Source: Candidatus Sumerlaeaceae bacterium
GTDB taxonomy: Bacteria; Sumerlaeota; Sumerlaeia; Sumerlaeales; Sumerlaeaceae
Assembly: GCA_049968255.1 (NCBI GenBank)
Contig: JBMFRB010000002.1
Span: 192,001 to 256,000 of the forward strand
DNA: 64,000 nt
Direction of reading: 5' to 3'
The notes beneath the pieces were generated by a model. That model was not told the DNA's origin. It was given only the letters and a program-made list of their open reading frames with translations, and ran no database searches. The first letter of the stretch is position 1. Each line of letters starts with the position of its first letter. The translations under genes and the position numbers were made by a program. Positions 57,653-64,000 of this stretch are shown here, piece after piece.

Positions 57653-59032
57653 CTATCGTGCTTGGCTTAGTCTGTTCTTTTTTTCGCGTGCTGCAATGGC
57701 TTCCTGACTGCTGGGCGGAGCCAGTTCAAGGATCTTTGTCAGTGCTGCCAGAGCCCCTTGAATATTCTCTATCTTTTCCCGCACAGAGGCTTGTAGCTGG
57801 TAAGCATCGAGGTTCCGTGGATCCTGGGCCAGAACTTTGGAGACTTCTTGGTCAGCTAGTTCGAGGTGGCACCTGGCATCTTCGGTCTTCAGCAAAATCC
57901 CACAATAATAATGGGCGTTGGCAAGGTGAAGCCGGAAGGTTGCAGAAGAGGGAGCTAATCGCACAGCTTTATCGTAGGCTGAAACTGCCTGGAGGAGCTT
58001 GTTCTTTTCGAGGAGACTGGTCCCTAACAAATCGTAGGTGCGAGCTAATTCTTCAGCATATGTTGCTCTAAGGCCTGAGTCTGAAATCCGGTCGATCTGA
58101 TTGCTTAGCAATGTGGCCGCCTCTTCATAGCGTTGCTGGCGGATATAGTCTTTTGCTAGCCGCAGAATCTGCAGCGACTCGCCATTCGGCGCCGGGGCTG
58201 GTCCTCGCCCTGCTACCGGTGTGGGTGCTGGTGTCGCAGTTTGCCCAGCGACCATGCCTTCAGGATAGGCAGATTTGTGAAAAAAGAATTTTCGATAGCT
58301 CACCGCCGACGAAGCGATCAAGAAGAGCGCGATAGTGCCGTAAACAGCAAAAACTGCTTGTACATGTGGCGAAACGTGTGGCAGCCATCGTTGCCAGTCG
58401 TGGCGCCAATCGCGCGTTACGGGGTCAGAAAAGTGCCTAGCTGTCGTAGGGCGAGATTGGGTGGCTACGGATTTTTTTGCTAAATGGGGAGATGAGCCAG
58501 CTAACGACCTTTTCTTATCACTGGGAGCAACAGGCTGATCCGAGCCAGGCGGTTTCGGCCCTATCGACGTTTGACGAGTTGTCTTTCTGTCAGCGAAGAA
58601 TTCATCCGCGCTCAATCCCATGCAGACATCTGCATCGTTCGCCGCTGCATCGGTCTTCGTCACGATCGACTGCTTATCGTCATTACCTTGGTAATCCGCG
58701 ACTGGTGCGAAAGTCCACAGGTCCTGCTCGCGGGGCTGAACTATACGTGAAATTTCTGACCGCTCCTCTTGAGGCCGAGGCGTAGCGACTCCTTCTTCTA
58801 CTCGATGCTCTGCAACAGTGTGTTCTTGCGGTTCTTTCCGCTTAGGGGCCGCAGGTATATTATCACTGAGTTTTTCGAGTAAGTTTTCGAGTCTTTCTCG
58901 GATGTCACTGCGGAAAGGTGCAAGTTTCTGGCAGCGCGTTAGCAGTTCTTTTGCGGTTTCAAGGTCCCCACGGGCTTGTGCATCATCCGCTGCAGCAAGC
59001 AGTTTTTCCATAGTCTTCTTTTGCTCTTCCAT
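57653..59032 (-). CDS. Bitopic membrane protein with a disordered cytoplasmic region and C-terminal TPRs
   Basis: N-terminal TPR, low-complexity region, one TM (VFAVYGTIALFLIASSAV), Pro-rich linker and several TPRs. Confidence 0.8.
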   Translation of the reverse strand: MEEQKKTMEKLLAAADDAQARGDLETAKELLTRCQKLAPFRSDIRERLENLLEKLSDNIPAAPKRKEPQEHTVAEHRVEEGVATPRPQEERSEISRIVQPREQDLWTFAPVADYQGNDDKQSIVTKTDAAANDADVCMGLSADEFFADRKTTRQTSIGPKPPGSDQPVAPSDKKRSLAGSSPHLAKKSVATQSRPTTARHFSDPVTRDWRHDWQRWLPHVSPHVQAVFAVYGTIALFLIASSAVSYRKFFFHKSAYPEGMVAGQTATPAPTPVAGRGPAPAPNGESLQILRLAKDYIRQQRYEEAATLLSNQIDRISDSGLRATYAEELARTYDLLGTSLLEKNKLLQAVSAYDKAVRLAPSSATFRLHLANAHYYCGILLKTEDARCHLELADQEVSKVLAQDPRNLDAYQLQASVREKIENIQGALAALTKILELAPPSSQEAIAAREKKNRLSQAR

Positions 59033-59182
59033 TGCTCAACAGCCTCAACAGGAACGGGATCGCTTAGCACCGATTTCTCGTAAATTCCTTTAGGGAAATT
59101 GGGCAGCTTTGGCAAATCAAAATTGTTTCATCTCATGCCAAAAATAATAAAGAAGCGGTGCGGTAAACAACAAAGCTAACTC

Positions 59183-59479
59183 ATGAGGCGTACACCAACA
59201 CGTATTGCGCAACGGTTAGCGTTTTCTGCGCTCATCATTCTCGCGTTTTTTTACACGCATGCCGTTTTTCATCATCTCTGGCAGGATCACCCCCTTGATC
59301 AACGATGTTCCCTCGTTGTTTTTCTCACCCAATGCAGTTCAGAACCTTACAGCGTTCCCGACCTCAAACTGTCGTGGGTCCCTAGTTATGTCATCGCACT
59401 AGTGAATCAGTCGGCTAGCCAGTTATTTCATTTCATTCTTCCGCTAGTTCGTGCGCCACCGACCGGCGTTCCGTCGTGA
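59183..59479 (+). CDS. Putative regulatory leader/arrest peptide (DUF2946-like) with C-terminal RAPP
   Basis: Basic N-terminus and hydrophobic helix, HAVFHH...H...C...C, then RAPP five residues before the stop. No clear SD. Confidence 0.65.
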   Translation: MRRTPTRIAQRLAFSALIILAFFYTHAVFHHLWQDHPLDQRCSLVVFLTQCSSEPYSVPDLKLSWVPSYVIALVNQSASQLFHFILPLVRAPPTGVPS

Positions 59480-59569
59480 GCCCAGTTTTTGTCTAGCCAT
59501 CTGTTAGGTGCCAGATTACGCAAGATCAATCGGATTGCTCCGAAAAGAAGATTCGCAAAGGAGACACAC

Positions 59570-60187
59570 ATGAAAAAACATGGCTTCACCCTGATTGAAC
59601 TTCTCATCGTTGTCGCGATTATTGCGATTCTGGCGGCGATTGCGGTTCCAAACTTTCTTGAAGCCCAGGTGCGTTCAAAGGTTGCACGCGCAAAAGCCGA
59701 TATGCGCTCCACAGCTACAGCCCTCGAGGCGTACGCCGTTGACCACAATGCATATCCGCCACCGATTGAATTCTTTCTTGTTAGCCCGGGAAATTGGCAT
59801 GTGAAAGAACCTCCGGATGATCCGTTCGAGGGTTTCATGAGCCATCGTCTTACGACGCCTGTTGGTTACATCACATCGTTGCCCATTGATGTGTTTGAGG
59901 TGGCGGATGAGAACGAGCATCCCCGAAAGGTCTCGTGGCACTACAGCGAGCAGCGGACGAATGAAACACTTCCCACGCCTGAGCCTGATTTCCTAAAGGA
60001 TTTAGCTGACCAGGTTGGGTACTCAGGAGCAAGCCAGGTTCGTTGGCTTATGTTCAGTCATGGCCCCGATCTCAAACACCAGGATGGATCGCCGGAAAAC
60101 GGCGACCCGGTGCAATATGATCCAACCAACGGCACGATTTCGCGGGGGGATATTTACTTTTTTGGCCCCGGTGTTGGGTTGAGGTAG
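59570..60187 (+). CDS. Type IV pilin / pseudopilin-like protein
   Basis: MKKHG|FTLIELLIVVAIIAILAAIAVPNFLEAQ; LTTPVGYI and SHGPD...YDPTNGTISRGDI; SD AAGGAG. Confidence 0.93.
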   Translation: MKKHGFTLIELLIVVAIIAILAAIAVPNFLEAQVRSKVARAKADMRSTATALEAYAVDHNAYPPPIEFFLVSPGNWHVKEPPDDPFEGFMSHRLTTPVGYITSLPIDVFEVADENEHPRKVSWHYSEQRTNETLPTPEPDFLKDLADQVGYSGASQVRWLMFSHGPDLKHQDGSPENGDPVQYDPTNGTISRGDIYFFGPGVGLR

Positions 60188-60190
60188 AAC

Positions 60191-60541
60191 GTGATGCGGC
60201 GCAAGCGATGGCTCATTTTAGTGTTACTGTGCTTATTGGCCGTAATCGTATGGTGGCGCAGGGAAATCCTTTGGCAGACGGGAGTTCTTCCTCCGCCGGA
60301 ACAGGTGGAGCGCCGGGTAACGCTGACCTTTTCCGGCAACTTGGGAGACCTGGCGAAAGATCTCGAGCGCCAGACGGGTCTGCACTATGAAGTTGCAGAC
60401 GAACTTCGCGAGCAGTCAGTGAAGTTCGAGTGTCGCGACGCACCGGTCTTTCGTGTTCACATGCTTCTCAGCAAGCAAGCAAATGTGTCGTTGGTGCGTG
60501 ACGAGATTGGAAACACCATTCACATTGTCGCGAAAAGGTAG
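60191..60541 (+). CDS. Small membrane-anchored protein with an STN-like (secretin/TonB N-terminal) domain
   Basis: N-terminal TM flanked by basic residues; LGDLAKDLERQTGLHY...VKFECRDAPV..V..LLSKQANVSL....NTIHIV matches the STN/N0 pattern. Starts 3 bp after the pilin stop. Confidence 0.7.
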   Translation: MMRRKRWLILVLLCLLAVIVWWRREILWQTGVLPPPEQVERRVTLTFSGNLGDLAKDLERQTGLHYEVADELREQSVKFECRDAPVFRVHMLLSKQANVSLVRDEIGNTIHIVAKR

Positions 60542-60700
60542 GGGGAATTTCCCTTATTTTTTGCGTCAACGAATGGGGAGAAATCTTGAGCAGCGCAGGC
60601 AAAAAGTGCCTGCGCTGCTTTTTCTTGATAATCATTGCGCTACACCGCACCGCAGTAAAGTAATAGCGAGGCTCAAAAGCAGCAAACTCGGCAACCACTG

Positions 60701-63328
60701 ATGATAAGCGCTAAACTTGCCCGCAAAGTCTACAATGGCATCTTTTGGCTGTGCACGGCTGCGGTGATTTACTCGCTTTACGTGCCCTTTCGCGAGAGCG
60801 TTTTCCCAGTACTTCGGGAATCACTTGGGCCATACGCTGAATTACTTTTACTTGTTGGGGGTGTGGCGGGTTTCTTTTTTGCAATCTATCTGCAGCACGC
60901 ACTGTGGGGAATACTCGTGGCTTTGCATAGCGCTTTGACGCAAGGAAGCGTCAATGTAGAAGAGGCTGCGGAAAATCCACAGGCGCTGTTGCGTATTGCT
61001 CGACGCTACGAAAAAAAGGGGGAATTTGCGGCAGCAGCGGAGGCGTATGAATCGCTTCGCAGTTGGAAGGAGGCGGCTGAGGCATTTGAAAAAGCCGGCA
61101 TGGCCGATCGCGCTGCCCAAGCTTGGCTAAATGCGGGAGATCGCCTAAGAGCAATTCCGCTTTTCGAGCAAGTCGGGCGATTTGCAGAGGCCGCAGAAGC
61201 CGCATTGAAAGAGGGCCTACGCGATCGCGCCACAAAGAATTTTTATTCGGCCGCAGTTGCCGAGTATGAGCGCAACGACTACCTAAAGGCTGCACAGCTG
61301 TTCGAGAAGGCGATGGAATTTGAGCGCGCCGGAACAATTTATCAAAATGTCCGCCGAATCGAAGATGCGCTCCGCTGTTTCGAACGAGCAGGAAAAAGCG
61401 AGAGAATCGAGGAGCTCATAGCCGAGCTGGATCCTCAACAGCTGCTCATGCGTGGAGACTCTTGCGTCGCGCTAGTGTTGCGATGCACCGAGCTTATGAG
61501 GCGCCAAGGAAAAGCTCTCGAAGGCGCAGCAATCCTGGAAAAGGTTGGCGAGTTCGTCCGTGCTGCCGAGATCTACGAGGAAATCGGTAGTTTCGACAAG
61601 GCGGGAGAAGCCTATTTTAAAGCTGGTCAGCTGGACAAAGCGGAAAAAGCGTATGGGCAAGTTTCTGACCCGGAACGCGTTGCGGAGTTTATGGCTCGTC
61701 TTGCAATCCAGCGCGGTGATTGGAAAGCGGCTGGCCAGTACTACCTCGAGGCTGGCAAACTCACCCAGGCGGTCGACGCGTTCAAGCGAGCCAAAGATTA
61801 TCTCTCTGCTGCGCAAGTTTACGAGCAGAGCAAACGCTACCTCATAGCCGCCGAGATGTATGCGGCCGCCAAAGAGTTGCGGTCGGCCGCAGAGGCCTAT
61901 GCAAAAGGCCATGACTGGCGCAATGCGGCTGAATGTTTCGAGGTGGTGGGAGATCTACCGCAAGCGATCAAGGCCTACGCCGCGGCAGGCGACTATTTCC
62001 GTGCTGGAAAACTTGCCGTCGCGAATAAGGAGTTCGATGCGGCCATTGAATATCTCCAGCGTGTGCCACCGAGCTCTCCCGACTGGAAACTTTCAACAGG
62101 CTTTCTCGGTGTCGCGTTCTATAATCTGGGCCGAACAGAGATGGCTCGGGAGCTGTTTCAGCGCGTAGCTGATTCGATTGCTCCTGCCGGCGAGACACTT
62201 CCTATTCTCTATGCGTACGGCTGTTTGCTAGCGGATGAGGGTAATCCGGAGGCGGTGGCCGTACTGCGGCGTATCCTTGCCGTGAATGCAAACTACGAGG
62301 ACGTGCGTGAGCGCATTACGCGATATGAGGAACAACTCAAACAGAGCTCCACACGTCCGCCGGTGGGATTTGCGCCGCAAGCTCCTCAGGGAACTCCCTA
62401 TCCTCCGATTGCGGGTGTTTTTCCTACGGTCAATATCGGCGCAACGACGCAAACTCATTATGCTTTTCAGCGGCCTATCACACAGGTCCCCGATACTCGG
62501 TTTGGTGATGAAGGGCGTTATCAGATTATTAGTGAGCTAGGCCGTGGCGGCATGGCGATTGTTTATCGAGCGTTTGATACACACCTCGAACGGGAAGTTG
62601 CCCTAAAAACATTTCCGCTCTCGCGACACTCGGGGCCTGGTAGGGAAGATGTCTTTCTCCGCGAGGCACGCCTTATTGCCAGGCTATCGCATCCGAACAT
62701 TGTGACCATTTACGATTGCGGACACATGAATTACCTCTACTACATCGCGATGGAATATGTCCCCGGCGATAACCTAAAACAGCGCGTGAAAGCCAAGGGG
62801 CCACTTTCATTAGAGGAATTGAAGCGCGTCGTTGTGCAACTGGCGGATGCGCTCATCTACGCACACTCGCAGCAAGTTTTGCACCGGGATGTGAAGCCCG
62901 CTAACGTTATTCAGCGAGCAAGTGGCGACATTAAAGTCGTGGATTTCGGTGTAGCGAAAATCCTGTCCGATGCGGCGACGTACGCTTTGGCCGAGGAAGA
63001 TTCGCAGCGGACACTCGTTGGTACGCCGCAGTATATGGCCCCCGAACAGATTATTGGCCAGCCAGTTGATGCGCGCGCCGACATTTATGCTCTTGGTCTT
63101 ACCATCTTTTATCTGGTGACAGGACGCACACCATTCGATGTAAAAAAGGTCACCGATCCGGTCGAAATTTCCCAAATGCAGGTCCACTCTTCATTCCCCA
63201 AACCTAGCACTCTGCGGGCAACACTCCCAGCCAAACTGGACGAGATTTTTGTGCGCTGCACCCAGAAGAGTCCGAAAGACCGCTATGCGAGTGTGAAAGA
63301 GTTTCTTGAAGATTTTCTTACGCTGTAA
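60701..63328 (+). CDS. Membrane-anchored Ser/Thr protein kinase with a long TPR/SNAP-like alpha-solenoid
   Basis: Two N-terminal TMs; repeated A(A/G)ExYExxG units; C-terminal kinase ELGRGGMAIVY, VALK, HRDVKPAN, DFG, GTPQYMAPE and DIYALG. Confidence 0.95.
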   Translation: MISAKLARKVYNGIFWLCTAAVIYSLYVPFRESVFPVLRESLGPYAELLLLVGGVAGFFFAIYLQHALWGILVALHSALTQGSVNVEEAAENPQALLRIARRYEKKGEFAAAAEAYESLRSWKEAAEAFEKAGMADRAAQAWLNAGDRLRAIPLFEQVGRFAEAAEAALKEGLRDRATKNFYSAAVAEYERNDYLKAAQLFEKAMEFERAGTIYQNVRRIEDALRCFERAGKSERIEELIAELDPQQLLMRGDSCVALVLRCTELMRRQGKALEGAAILEKVGEFVRAAEIYEEIGSFDKAGEAYFKAGQLDKAEKAYGQVSDPERVAEFMARLAIQRGDWKAAGQYYLEAGKLTQAVDAFKRAKDYLSAAQVYEQSKRYLIAAEMYAAAKELRSAAEAYAKGHDWRNAAECFEVVGDLPQAIKAYAAAGDYFRAGKLAVANKEFDAAIEYLQRVPPSSPDWKLSTGFLGVAFYNLGRTEMARELFQRVADSIAPAGETLPILYAYGCLLADEGNPEAVAVLRRILAVNANYEDVRERITRYEEQLKQSSTRPPVGFAPQAPQGTPYPPIAGVFPTVNIGATTQTHYAFQRPITQVPDTRFGDEGRYQIISELGRGGMAIVYRAFDTHLEREVALKTFPLSRHSGPGREDVFLREARLIARLSHPNIVTIYDCGHMNYLYYIAMEYVPGDNLKQRVKAKGPLSLEELKRVVVQLADALIYAHSQQVLHRDVKPANVIQRASGDIKVVDFGVAKILSDAATYALAEEDSQRTLVGTPQYMAPEQIIGQPVDARADIYALGLTIFYLVTGRTPFDVKKVTDPVEISQMQVHSSFPKPSTLRATLPAKLDEIFVRCTQKSPKDRYASVKEFLEDFLTL

Positions 63329-63378
63329 TTCCCAGAGCAGAATGCATCATTTTCGGGGAACAGGTTAGTGTTTAAAAT

Positions 63379-63410
63379 GTGGAGCCCGTTCCGAAGGGAA
63401 TGGGCTCCGC
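63379..63410. terminator. Hairpin between the convergent kinase and rplL genes (likely rplJL terminator, possibly bidirectional)
   Basis: Stem GGAGCCCGTTCC / GGAATGGGCTCC; followed on the minus strand by ACATTTTAAA. Confidence 0.75.
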
Positions 63411-63443
63411 TGTTTCTCGCCAACAAAACGAGCGCGTTGATTT

Positions 63444-63833
63444 TTACTTGATCTCGACCACTGCGCCGGCAGCTTCCAGCTGCTTTTTGACCTTCTCGGC
63501 CTCTTCTTTGCTGACGTCCTTGACGACTTCCTTTGGTGCCCCTTCGACAAGGTCTTTTGCTTCTTTCAAGCCGAGATTCGTGACGGCGCGGACCTCTTTG
63601 ATGATGTTGATTTTCTTGTCCGCGGGAACTTCTTTCAGGATCACCGTAAACTCGGTTTTCTCCTCGACTGGAGCTGCTGCTGCGGCACCACCAACTGCCG
63701 GACCCGCCGCCACCGCAACTGGCGCCGCGCTCACGCCATATTTCTCTTCGATCTTTTTCACGAGTTCATTGATTTCCAACAGCGTCATTGAATCGAGACG
63801 CTCGACGATCTGGTCAATTGTGATCTCCGACAT
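63444..63833 (-). CDS. rplL: 50S ribosomal protein L7/L12
   Basis: [39 protein letters not shown] and [11 protein letters not shown]. Confidence 0.98.
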   Translation of the reverse strand: MSEITIDQIVERLDSMTLLEINELVKKIEEKYGVSAAPVAVAAGPAVGGAAAAAPVEEKTEFTVILKEVPADKKINIIKEVRAVTNLGLKEAKDLVEGAPKEVVKDVSKEEAEKVKKQLEAAGAVVEIK

Positions 63834-63936
63834 CTGATCTCTCCTTCATGGGATGTTAGTTTTTAGGCATTTTTTCGGAAGAGGCAATAACTGCCCGCTT
63901 ATTACCTCAGCATTGTCTGCCAACTGATGAACTGCC

Positions 63937-64000
63937 TTAGCTCTGCTCGGCTTTTTTGCGAGCTACAGCATCCAGCGCGTACACGAGTTTGGCCACGGTT
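63937..64000 (-). CDS. rplJ: 50S ribosomal protein L10, 3' end only
   Basis: Minus strand reads ...TVAKLVYALDAVARKKAEQS*, a typical L10 C-terminus, just upstream of rplL. Confidence 0.8.
   Translation of the reverse strand, partial: TVAKLVYALDAVARKKAEQS

Noticed and set aside
59108-59126. Sigma-54-like TGGCA...TTGT upstream of the RAPP leader
   Set aside because: Spacing is wrong and the conserved -12 GC is missing.
1-64000. CRISPR arrays, transposases, prophage or retron/RT genes
   Set aside because: No regularly spaced direct repeats or corresponding protein motifs were seen.

Overview
Bacterial chromosomal backbone, moderately GC-rich and densely coding, from a diderm organism (LolA-like, LpxL-like, MurJ and AMIN-amidase genes). 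The GFTLIELLIVVAIIAILAAIAVPNFLEAQ...YDPTNGT pilin family and the large GH20 suggest Candidatus Sumerlaeota/BRC1, but that is inference from remembered family traits. The window holds about 52 CDSs, including fusA (partial), murJ, lipB, lipA, nusB, add, an XPB helicase with its partner, tilS, smpB, recO, sucC, leuB, recN, two hsp20, thiD, a J-domain/Hsp70 pair, rpe, a Ser/Thr kinase, rplL and the 3' end of rplJ. It also has three tRNAs (Ile-GAU, Gly-UCC, Leu-CAA) and several intrinsic terminators. I saw no integrase, transposase, prophage or CRISPR array. Best leads: (1) a His/Cys-containing exported leader peptide ending in a RAPP ribosome-arrest motif, directly upstream of a pilin-like gene and a membrane-anchored STN-like protein; (2) an unannotated ~175-nt rod-like structured RNA at 16587-16762; (3) a catalytically degenerate E2 lipoyl protein in an operon with lipB-lipA; (4) MurJ with a ~145-aa PrcB_C-like insertion. 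All family assignments come from motif recognition, not database searches.
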